Part shown: in pieces, positions 56,056 to 64,000 of the stretch | Numbering within the stretch: the stretch's first letter is position 1 | Layout: the number at the start of each line of letters is the position of its first letter | NCBI GenBank assembly: GCA_023244895.1 | Contig: JAHFLL010000001.1 | Location: 681,802 to 745,801, forward strand | Reading direction: 5' to 3' | Length of the DNA: 64,000 bases | Source: Candidatus Liptonbacteria bacterium | GTDB taxonomy: Bacteria; Patescibacteriota; Minisyncoccia; UBA6257; 2-01-FULL-56-20 | Program-made: the position numbers and the translations under genes | The notes under the pieces: model-generated | What the model was told of the DNA's origin: nothing | Databases searched by the model: none | The model's input: only the letters and a program-made list of their open reading frames with translations

Positions 56056-56880
56056 TTACTCAACAGACTTATAAATTCTTAGGGCTAGTCTCATGGCCGA
56101 TTTTGGCAACAAAGAGACCAGGCGATATGCCAGAAGGCGCAGATACCCCCGTGCGACCACCCACACTCCCCCGCGATATAGTCCGAGATATTTTCTAGAT
56201 AGGCGGATGTCTTTCTGGAATTGATCTATTTTATTGCTAGAGCTGATATTGCCCGGACGCAAGGTGAACTTAGTGGCATAATCCGGCAGATTGGCGAACT
56301 TCCATTTCTCGCCCAGACGCAACCACAAATCATAATCCTCCACGTGTTTAGTCTCTTCCGTTTCCGGATATCCGCCCAATTCTATTACCGCACCCCGCCG
56401 GAACATGACCGAAGAATGAGTAAAACAATTCTGCTTTAATATTTTCCTACGCACATCCTCGTCTCTAAGAGGTTGCCGATAGCGGAAAATCTCCGCGCCG
56501 TTCTCGTCCGCCTCAATTATTCCCGTACCGACAATCCCATGCTCCGGATTGCTATCTAAAAACTCAACCTGTTTCTTTAGCTTGTCTTTGTCCGCCCATT
56601 CATCGTCATCGTCTATGCGTGCCACATATTCCCCTCTTCCAGCCACCAACCCGCGGTTAAGAGATTTCTGGATGCCCAAATTCTTCTCGTTGCGCAACAA
56701 TTTCACTCTCGCATCTTTTTGAGAGGTCTCCGCAACAAGACCCGCCGTTCCGTCGCTCGAGCCATCGTCTATAACTATGAACTCCCAATCTGTAAACGTC
56801 TGGGCTTGAACGCTGGCGATTGCCCTCGGAAGATATTTGGCGCCGTTGTGGCATGGCAAAATTATGCTGACTTTAGGCAT
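56056..56880 (-). CDS. Family-2 glycosyltransferase
   Basis: VSIILPCHNGAKYLPRAIASVQAQTF...IVIDDGSSDGT. Confidence 0.85.
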   Translation of the reverse strand: MPKVSIILPCHNGAKYLPRAIASVQAQTFTDWEFIVIDDGSSDGTAGLVAETSQKDARVKLLRNEKNLGIQKSLNRGLVAGRGEYVARIDDDDEWADKDKLKKQVEFLDSNPEHGIVGTGIIEADENGAEIFRYRQPLRDEDVRRKILKQNCFTHSSVMFRRGAVIELGGYPETEETKHVEDYDLWLRLGEKWKFANLPDYATKFTLRPGNISSSNKIDQFQKDIRLSRKYLGLYRGGVWVVARGYLRLLAYRLVSLLPKSAMRLALRIYKSVE

Positions 56881-57469
56881 GTTTATTTTTTAAAATTATA
56901 TCAACTGCTTCTGTTAAATTTTTTGCCACATGGTCCGGACGCATAGGATATTTACCGTCACCCCCCCCATAACCGGTTTTAACCAAAATAGTCCTAACTC
57001 CAGCTCTCTCCCCTGCAAGAATATCTCCGGTCTTATCGCCCACCAAATAACTCCTCTTGAGATCTATGTTCATTTCTTTGACTGCCTTCAAAATTAATCC
57101 TGGCTCTGGCTTGCGGCAACTGCACTTATGAGCATATTTTACCACCTTGCCGTCCAGGTGATGAGGACAATAATAAGCCGCATCTAATCTGGCTCCTTTC
57201 CCCATTATTCTAGAATTAAGAACTTCTCCTATTCGGTACATTTCCGCCTCAGACAACATGCCCTTGGCAACTGCCGCCTGATTGGAAATTATAATCGTCA
57301 GCCAACCGGCGCGATTTAGACTGCTCAAGGCGCTTGCTACGCCAGGCAATAACCGCAACTGGTCTTCTTTGCAAAGATGATCAACGTCCCTTATTAAAAC
57401 CCCATCTCGATCTAAAAAAACCGCAGGGTGAACTTTAGCAGATCTATGCGCTATCACTAGGTTTTTCAT
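56873..57469 (-). CDS. gmhB: HAD-IIIA phosphatase, D-glycero-D-manno-heptose 1,7-bisphosphate phosphatase-like
   Basis: FLDRDGVLI motif I; Zn-binding CPHH...CSCRKPEPG; GDKTGD. Confidence 0.7.
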   Translation of the reverse strand: MKNLVIAHRSAKVHPAVFLDRDGVLIRDVDHLCKEDQLRLLPGVASALSSLNRAGWLTIIISNQAAVAKGMLSEAEMYRIGEVLNSRIMGKGARLDAAYYCPHHLDGKVVKYAHKCSCRKPEPGLILKAVKEMNIDLKRSYLVGDKTGDILAGERAGVRTILVKTGYGGGDGKYPMRPDHVAKNLTEAVDIILKNKHA

Positions 57470-58785
57470 TCTCTAAAATCTTCCGCTTCGTCAAAACGAC
57501 GCAAGAGTAGCCCAGAAACGATTAGGCTAATAACCAACCAGAGCCACCGCAGGGTTAGCGTATCCAAGAATAAGGAGTTTGCAAGCAATGCTATTAAGCA
57601 GACTATTAAACCATTACTTTCCCAATCGTTCTCAATTAGAATCTTTTTCGCGTAACGCAAAATATTGGCGAGAAACCCCAATAAGGCGATTAGCCCCAGA
57701 TATCCGCCCGACAAACCGACCTGCAAAAACAAGTTGTGAGGTCCCAATTTATGACCATCTGACGCTAGCATGATTGGTTGCCAATAATGATACGCGAGGC
57801 CGAAGCCCAAGGGATGGCTGATAAATTTTTTAAATCCGGTCAGGAAAAGAGTATCTCTACCTGAGGCGAGATAATCCAAGCTTTCATTAGAGGGCATCCC
57901 CACAGAGGAGGTTGAGCCGGTAAAAGGTCGCACTATACGATCAAGCATTGCACCTCTGATTTCGGGAGAGGCGCTTGTCCACGACAGTAATACTCCCAGG
58001 ATTAGAAATCCCGTAATCCAAATGGAACTTAGAAGTTTGCGGTGGATAAGGAAACTGCTACGAAAATAAAACACTGTTAAAAAAAGCGACGCCACAGCGG
58101 CAGAAAGGATTGCTCCCCGCGATGCAGTCCAGAGTAGGAGCGGTGTCAGAGTGGCAACCAAGGGCAAACCTAGCCAACGCTTACGATCCTTTGAGTAAAG
58201 AAAATACGCCGAGGACAATATCAAACCGAGAGCTATCCAACCACCCAAATAGTTTGGATCATTACCGGGGCCACGCAAGCGCTGATCCTCTATTTCAAAA
58301 AATAAACCACTCCAGATAGGAATGCGAGACAACCACAATACCAATGGAGAAATCATTATTGTAGCCAAAACACGCTTGCGCCAAATAGGGTATAAATAGA
58401 GAAAGCAAGTTGCGCCAAGAAAGAATGCCACCACAAACATAAATCTAAAATATTCTAAAACAACTTCACTCACATATATTCGCCATTCCGGCAGAAAAAT
58501 TGCGCTATAGAACAGTCCCAAGACAAACGACAAGGCCAAGAGCGTCAACCATGTAAAAGCAGCACGCAGATGCAACCCTAAATTGCGGATCAAGCTACGC
58601 GCCTGGATAGATGCCAAAATCACAAAGATAAGCACCGCGAGGAACAGAGCAGTAAATAATTCGAAAAACTTGAGCGCTGGCCAAGGCCAACCAAAACGCA
58701 ACGTCAACGAAAACACGGCTGAACATAACAGCACCCCCGCGACGTTAGCCGAGTAATTTATTAAATAGTTCTTCATATTGGCCAA
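57466..58785 (-). CDS. O-antigen ligase/polymerase-like (Wzy/WaaL family) membrane protein
   Basis: 439 aa; polytopic with a large loop; characteristic RGAxxS region (SRGAILSAAVA). Confidence 0.65.
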   Translation of the reverse strand: MANMKNYLINYSANVAGVLLCSAVFSLTLRFGWPWPALKFFELFTALFLAVLIFVILASIQARSLIRNLGLHLRAAFTWLTLLALSFVLGLFYSAIFLPEWRIYVSEVVLEYFRFMFVVAFFLGATCFLYLYPIWRKRVLATIMISPLVLWLSRIPIWSGLFFEIEDQRLRGPGNDPNYLGGWIALGLILSSAYFLYSKDRKRWLGLPLVATLTPLLLWTASRGAILSAAVASLFLTVFYFRSSFLIHRKLLSSIWITGFLILGVLLSWTSASPEIRGAMLDRIVRPFTGSTSSVGMPSNESLDYLASGRDTLFLTGFKKFISHPLGFGLAYHYWQPIMLASDGHKLGPHNLFLQVGLSGGYLGLIALLGFLANILRYAKKILIENDWESNGLIVCLIALLANSLFLDTLTLRWLWLVISLIVSGLLLRRFDEAEDFRE

Positions 58786-60625
58786 CTATGGTCTGCCAGT
58801 CGTGCCCCCCTTGCCATATCTCTTTGCCATTTCGGATTAAATCTGCACGCAAGGAAGGATTATCTAGCAAGCGGTTCGCGGAAGCAGACATTTCGTCGAA
58901 AGTCGTGGCGATTTCAACCGCTCCAGGATGGTCCAAAACGTTACCGACTGGCCTAGTCAGAAACGGAGTACCAGCCGCGAAAGATTCATACATGACTAAT
59001 GGAGAACATTCTACCTGGGAGCCGAAAAGAAAAAGATCTGCGTTTTTATAGGCAGATAAAACCGCCTGCCTATTCCGTCCATCCACTAGATATATATTCT
59101 TGCTCCAGACGCTTTTCCAGAAACAGGACAACCTGTCCACAAAAACATGTCCCCATTCCTTAAAACTGCGGGGGGGCCTCAACTCTCCTATCATGAGCAA
59201 AGATACATCATCTCTCTGCATTCTGCGGAAGGCCTTTAGGACAAAATCGTGCCCCTTGGCTTTATAATGATTAGAAACAGATATGGCTAAAAAGGGAGTT
59301 TTTATACCCATCTTTTTACGTATGTCGTAGTCGTCCGTGGATACAAATTCCTCGCTCGCCACGCCATTAGGAATTAAAACCGATTTATCTGCTAGGCCAT
59401 GCTCATCCCCAAATTTTTTGTCCTGGTAGTTTGGAGACATATAAACCAAAGCATCATAATGGCGTAAATATTTTGGTAACTCCCGAAAATAATCTTGATA
59501 GCATTTTTTAAGGAGGCCCGAGTAGCCACAAGGCACTAATATCTTTCTAGCTTTTATCTTATCTAAACGGTCCAGCGCTAAATCGGTTGGCCAACTTTGA
59601 GCGGCATAATTCAGTATCACATCGAAGTCGCCCTCTAGTAGTTTCTGATACCGCTCTATTTCCCTGGCGCTACCACGTATGCCCGCAACCTTGTTTCCAG
59701 CCAGATTAAATTCTTCTAATCTCACGCCGTTATGGTTGAATCTTTCGCGTTCGACTAGCTTAGTGGTGGCAACCGTGACTTTATGCCCACTATCGGCCAA
59801 TCTTTCGGCCAATTGCCTAACAACCTCTTCTGCTCCGCCAATTTTAGGATAATAGAACTCCACCGTTAAAAGAATTTTCAGCTGTCTAGAAATTAGACTT
59901 TTTGCTTTGGGCCCAAAGCCAGCATCCTTCATCCAAACTGCCAAAAGATCCTCCTCTTCCTTGCCTACTAGATATTGGGATAATAGTGAGCAGACAGCCC
60001 TTCTTTCGTCTACCGTCTGGTCGGCATCCTTCCTGGCCTTCATTTCTAGGTTGGGCAAACGATGTCCCCCATATTTACGATAGAAACTATCTGGAACGAA
60101 TCTACCTATAAAATTAAGAAATGGTATCTTGGGATAATGTTGCGCCAAACGGTTATGGTAGGTCTTGCATCTTATATTTTTAAAACCTAATTTTTTTAGA
60201 ACCAAATTGCCCTTGGACTTATCCCAATAATCATAATGGTTAGCCCACTTAGCCTCTTGAGAACCTAAAATATGTCGCCATAGCTGGAACTTTCTTCTTT
60301 GAGAGAGAGCGAATACGTATGCTCGAGCGCATGCCCCAAAGTCAGGGGTTTCTATCCAAAGTAGACCGTTTGGCTTAAGCCATCTACGCCAGCGTAACAA
60401 CAATTTTAAAGCCTGCGCACGGTTAAAATGTTCAAAAAGATGGTGGCTACGAATCTCATCTACTGAATTATCCGGATAGCTCAAATCCATCATATCGGAA
60501 TACAAGTCCGCCTTAACCTTCATCACGCTATGCTCCGATTGAGGATAATCGACATTAACGTACCCCTCCATATACTTATCCCCGCAACCTAGATGGAGCT
60601 TAACCGGATTTGGATTTGTTTCCAT
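58745..60625 (-). CDS. Fusion protein: N-terminal class I SAM methyltransferase plus C-terminal GT4 (group 1) glycosyltransferase
   Basis: N-terminus HLGCGDKYMEGYVNVD...LKPNGLLWIETP; C-terminal GT1 region LFGSQVECSPLVMYESFAAGTPFL. Confidence 0.75.
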   Translation of the reverse strand: METNPNPVKLHLGCGDKYMEGYVNVDYPQSEHSVMKVKADLYSDMMDLSYPDNSVDEIRSHHLFEHFNRAQALKLLLRWRRWLKPNGLLWIETPDFGACARAYVFALSQRRKFQLWRHILGSQEAKWANHYDYWDKSKGNLVLKKLGFKNIRCKTYHNRLAQHYPKIPFLNFIGRFVPDSFYRKYGGHRLPNLEMKARKDADQTVDERRAVCSLLSQYLVGKEEEDLLAVWMKDAGFGPKAKSLISRQLKILLTVEFYYPKIGGAEEVVRQLAERLADSGHKVTVATTKLVERERFNHNGVRLEEFNLAGNKVAGIRGSAREIERYQKLLEGDFDVILNYAAQSWPTDLALDRLDKIKARKILVPCGYSGLLKKCYQDYFRELPKYLRHYDALVYMSPNYQDKKFGDEHGLADKSVLIPNGVASEEFVSTDDYDIRKKMGIKTPFLAISVSNHYKAKGHDFVLKAFRRMQRDDVSLLMIGELRPPRSFKEWGHVFVDRLSCFWKSVWSKNIYLVDGRNRQAVLSAYKNADLFLFGSQVECSPLVMYESFAAGTPFLTRPVGNVLDHPGAVEIATTFDEMSASANRLLDNPSLRADLIRNGKEIWQGGHDWQTIVGQYEELFNKLLG

Positions 60626-60635
60626 GTGGTTTGTT

Positions 60636-61574
60636 CTAGCCTATTTTATTGCCTGCCCGATCCCTAAACTGCATTGGCTCTTCGACGAGCTTTGTTTTCA
60701 ATGCGGAAATTTTTACCAGATAATCCTCCCGGCTTTTGCGATTATACTCCAGAAACTTTTCGCTAATGGACCCGGAATTCACTCGAGCAAAACTTATTAT
60801 ACGCGGGAAACAATAAGAGAGGTATCCTCGGGCGTTAAAGTTATAGTAGAAAGACATCCAATCTCCTGGCTCCTTAGTACCCATGTGATACGGAGGCAAG
60901 CAATCCATAAACATTTTTCTATCCATAAACATGGCATTATCCGGAAACAGAACTCCCGTCTCTAGCCAATAATTGAACCACTCCCTTTTGTGGAGAGGCT
61001 TGGAATTTTTCACAAAGCTCGCGGCTGCTTTAAGATTGGCAGGTTTCCAGAGGCGTAATATATTCCGAACCGATTTTATAGGATGTAAAATATCTATCCG
61101 CGAAAAAGCACTATTGATTAATTTCGCCCATCGCCAGCCAGACTTATTCTCCGGCAAAAATCTAGCAAACATATAGTTTGGTCCTAATTCTTTTCCTTCT
61201 TCGTTTATCTGCATAGGCACTCCCCAAACCAAAGATACCTCCGGATCACTCTCCATCGTCTCCACGCAAGATTTCAGCCAATCCTTATCGAGCCAACCAT
61301 CCGAAGCGCACAAGACGCAAACAAACTCTCCCTGCGCCTTTTCCAAGGCTTTATGTATGGCGTGGTATGGTCCTTCGTCCGGCTCTGACCAAAATCTTAC
61401 GCGCGGATCAGAAATGGCATATTTCTTCAGTATTTCCACGGTAGCATCTTTAGAGCCACCATCCATAACAATTACCTCCCAGTCTCCAAAGGTTTGAGCG
61501 AATACCGTGTCTAGTGTTTCCGCTAGGTATTTCTCTGCCTGAAAAATTGGCATTAAGATGGATACTTTAGCCAT
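60636..61574 (-). CDS. Family-2 glycosyltransferase
   Basis: VSILMPIFQAEKYLAETLDTVFAQTF...IVMDGGSKDAT. Confidence 0.85.
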   Translation of the reverse strand: MAKVSILMPIFQAEKYLAETLDTVFAQTFGDWEVIVMDGGSKDATVEILKKYAISDPRVRFWSEPDEGPYHAIHKALEKAQGEFVCVLCASDGWLDKDWLKSCVETMESDPEVSLVWGVPMQINEEGKELGPNYMFARFLPENKSGWRWAKLINSAFSRIDILHPIKSVRNILRLWKPANLKAAASFVKNSKPLHKREWFNYWLETGVLFPDNAMFMDRKMFMDCLPPYHMGTKEPGDWMSFYYNFNARGYLSYCFPRIISFARVNSGSISEKFLEYNRKSREDYLVKISALKTKLVEEPMQFRDRAGNKIG

Positions 61575-61585
61575 AAACGCTCTTC

Positions 61586-62596
61586 TTATCTGAAATTTAT
61601 TCCGCCCAGATTATGACTATAGTGAACAATATGACTACCCAAAGAATCGAACCTAAAAGGCACGTGCATAAATTTACCAAGGGCGCTTCGAACCTCTTCT
61701 TGTTTGTCTGGCTCAACGAAAAGAAGCACGAATCCCCCTCCGCCAGCACCCAAAAGCTTCCCCCCTATCGCCCCCGCCTGCTTAGCGGAATTGTAAACTT
61801 CGTCCACGGTGGAGTTGGTGATATTATCAGTTAATTCTCTTTTGCGGCGCCAAGCTTCGTCTAGCAATTCCCCGAACTCCCGCAGATTATGACTCGTATT
61901 AGTCAATATTTCTACCGCCTCATCCACCATTTGGTGCATCCGTCTAAGATTAGCATCATTGCGCTCTGTGTTCTTTATCCAATGTATAGCCATGTCAGAT
62001 GCCGTGCGAGATAAACCCGTGAAGAAAAGCATGCAGTGATCCTGCATACTCTCCAATCGATCGTGAGACATGATAATTGGCTCAACTCTAACGCCATGCT
62101 GGCCCCCGAATATTATTCTATTCAACCCGCCGAATGCTGCAGCAACTTGGTCCTGGGAACCGACATTTTCTTTAATGTGCTGCTGTTCCACCTGAATGGC
62201 ATCCATTGCAAGTTGGTGCTTGCTTACCATTTTGCCCTTAAGAGTATAGAGCGCATGAAGCAGTCCCACCGTAAAAGAAGAGCTTGAGCCCATTCCGGAA
62301 CGTGCCGGCAAATCGCCATCATGGATAACGGTGACACCATGGTCTATATCTGCGAACTTTAGACACTCCCTTACGGAGGGATGCTCTATCTCGTCCGGGT
62401 GGTCTACATTTTCTATCTTGGAATAAACTATATGATGTTTTTTCTCAAAAAAAGGAGGGAGTGGACGACAGGTGACATGGCAATACTTGTCTATACTGGT
62501 AGACAAAACCTGACCCCCGTTTTTATCATACCAGGCAGGATAATCTGTGCCACCTCCGAAAAACGATATACGAAATGGTGTTCTAGTAATAACCAT
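61586..62596 (-). CDS. GHMP-family sugar kinase, D-glycero-alpha-D-manno-heptose 7-phosphate kinase (HddA)-like
   Basis: GHMP motif PARSGMGSSSSFTVG; 336 aa. Confidence 0.7.
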   Translation of the reverse strand: MVITRTPFRISFFGGGTDYPAWYDKNGGQVLSTSIDKYCHVTCRPLPPFFEKKHHIVYSKIENVDHPDEIEHPSVRECLKFADIDHGVTVIHDGDLPARSGMGSSSSFTVGLLHALYTLKGKMVSKHQLAMDAIQVEQQHIKENVGSQDQVAAAFGGLNRIIFGGQHGVRVEPIIMSHDRLESMQDHCMLFFTGLSRTASDMAIHWIKNTERNDANLRRMHQMVDEAVEILTNTSHNLREFGELLDEAWRRKRELTDNITNSTVDEVYNSAKQAGAIGGKLLGAGGGGFVLLFVEPDKQEEVRSALGKFMHVPFRFDSLGSHIVHYSHNLGGINFR

Positions 62597-62646
62597 AGAT
62601 ATGTTTACTGCTCCAATTTATCCTAGAGTGAGACAAAGCGCAACAT

Positions 62647-63567
62647 CTAAGCAGCTAGAATACGGGAAATAGACCCCGCCACCTTTTCCGCGGAGATATT
62701 ACAAACATCCCTTAAGTACTGCTGACTCCCGACCGTTTCTGGCCAAAAATCGTCCACTCCAAAAGAATGAAATTTTTTAGGGCGATTGTCCGAATCCATA
62801 AGAACTTCCGCAACCGCGCTACCGAGTCCACCGATAACACTGTGCTCCTCCAGAGTAAATATTCCTCGCCTCTTGCCGGCTCGATCCAGTAAGAACTCCC
62901 TATCTATAGGCTTTAAAGTATGCATATTCGCTACCTCTACCTCCAAGCCCTCCGCAGAGAGAATTTCCGCAGCGCGCAACGCTTCTGACACTATCGTGCC
63001 CTGTGAAACTATAGTTATGTCTCCCCCCTCCCTCAAAACGGATGCCTTACCTAAGGCGGCTGGAATCTGAACTGGTAAATTGGGCTCCTTACCTCTTCCA
63101 ATACGCACATAAGCTGGTCCGCCCAGCTCGAGCACCTGTTTCATTAAGCTGTATGTCTCGGGCGGATCCGCAGGACAAACTATTTTCATATTGGGCAAGG
63201 CCCGCAACATAGCAAGTTCCTCTATGGAATAGTGTGTTGCTCCGGCAGAACCATAGGCGAATCCTCCGCCTACTCCCAGTACTATAACGTTCAGGTTCTG
63301 ATCGCAGATATCAATCTTTATCTGCTCTATGCAACGCAAGGTAATAAAAGGCACTATGGAATATGCCACCACTTGCATGCCCGAAAGAGCCAGGCCGGCA
63401 GACACTCCAATAATGTTCTGCTCGGACATTCCTCCATTGATATAGCGCGCACCGAAATCTCTACGAAACTCCTCTGTTTTCATGTGCCCCAGATCACCAT
63501 TAATAAACCACAGACTGTTGTTTTTCAAACCATTTTCATATATTGCTCTTACGGCTTCAAAGCGCAT
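62647..63567 (-). CDS. Transketolase, C-terminal (pyrimidine-binding) subunit of a split enzyme
   Basis: 306 aa; the Pyr and C-terminal transketolase domains (GMSEQNIIGVSAGLALSG...). Confidence 0.8.
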   Translation of the reverse strand: MRFEAVRAIYENGLKNNSLWFINGDLGHMKTEEFRRDFGARYINGGMSEQNIIGVSAGLALSGMQVVAYSIVPFITLRCIEQIKIDICDQNLNVIVLGVGGGFAYGSAGATHYSIEELAMLRALPNMKIVCPADPPETYSLMKQVLELGGPAYVRIGRGKEPNLPVQIPAALGKASVLREGGDITIVSQGTIVSEALRAAEILSAEGLEVEVANMHTLKPIDREFLLDRAGKRRGIFTLEEHSVIGGLGSAVAEVLMDSDNRPKKFHSFGVDDFWPETVGSQQYLRDVCNISAEKVAGSISRILAA

Positions 63568-63579
63568 ATTTCTGCTGAA

Positions 63580-64000
63580 TCAAGATAGTTCTTTTATTGC
63601 GACCTCGTACTGCTCTGCGTCCGGACATTTACCATGCCACTCTCCCCTATTTTCCATAAAAGAAACCCCCTTGCCCTTTAAAGTATTGGCGATAATTGCG
63701 CGGGGTTTATCTGATTTATTTTCCAGTGCCGATATAAGCTCATCAAAATCATGTCCATTCACGCTTTCCACTTCCCACCGAAATGCGCGCAATTTTTCAT
63801 CCAGGGGATCGATATCTAGAATCTGATTCGTGCGTAGGCCAGACATTCCGTCCTGTAGATAGTTGCGATCTATAATAAGGGTTAGATTGGATAATTGATG
63901 ATGTCCCGCGAAAAGAAGCGCCTCCCAAACAGAACCCTCCTCCATCTCGCCATCTCCGGAAAGAACGAATATTCTGGAATCTTCGCCTTTTTGCTTAGCT
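63580..64000 (-). CDS. Transketolase, N-terminal (TPP-binding) subunit; 3' portion only, the CDS runs beyond the window edge
   Basis: The reading frame stays open to position 64000; upstream translation ...VLSGDGEMEEGSVWEA is the TPP-binding GDG motif. Confidence 0.75.
   Translation of the reverse strand, partial: AKQKGEDSRIFVLSGDGEMEEGSVWEALLFAGHHQLSNLTLIIDRNYLQDGMSGLRTNQILDIDPLDEKLRAFRWEVESVNGHDFDELISALENKSDKPRAIIANTLKGKGVSFMENRGEWHGKCPDAEQYEVAIKELS

Overview
The window reads as one chromosomal stretch from a small-genome bacterium of moderate GC. That is estimated by eye at about 45-50%; I could not compute it. Most genes lie on the minus strand. Several clues suggest a Patescibacteria/CPR-like lineage, but this is inference only: an archaeal-type UMP kinase, a type-1 IDI, what looks like a single Xer recombinase, and a giant surface protein with a peptidoglycan-binding domain. 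Recognisable core genes are a giant surface protein, a galU-like nucleotidyltransferase, clpB, htrA, a cysteine desulfurase, a phosphohexomutase, ftsK, a rodZ-like gene, recA, pnp, a NYN-domain gene, rpsO, xer, lepB, idi, pyrH, htpX, lemA, groES/groEL, trxB, a glutaredoxin, a dsbA-like gene, and a surface-glycan or heptose cluster at 51-64 kb. Accessory and unusual content is as follows. (1) An AT-rich island (about 29.5-35.1 kb) lies directly beside a tRNA-Ser(GGA). It encodes an AAA_21-type ATPase, a Cys-rich exported protein and a 1062-aa SF1 helicase with a C-terminal DUF559-like nuclease, which I propose as a candidate anti-phage system. (2) An island at 12.0-15.3 kb between the cysteine desulfurase and the phosphohexomutase carries a DEDDy exonuclease, an RNase H-like gene, and four GC-rich orphan small ORFs that each form their own promoter/terminator cassette. 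(3) Two more GC-rich orphan ORF cassettes lie upstream of xer and of groES. (4) The xer gene is flanked by two related palindromic sites, one of them a perfect 42-bp palindrome, which is a candidate dif site or excisable module. (5) Three repeat families stand out: an ATTCGG-rich RPE-like element with one in-frame copy inside the cysteine desulfurase gene; a dense array of about 20 GCCGAAT/ATTCGGCAA motifs inside and upstream of an HTH gene; and 7-bp-periodic CTAA/TTCTA arrays in many intergenic spacers. I found no CRISPR array, no rRNA, and no transposase or integrase.
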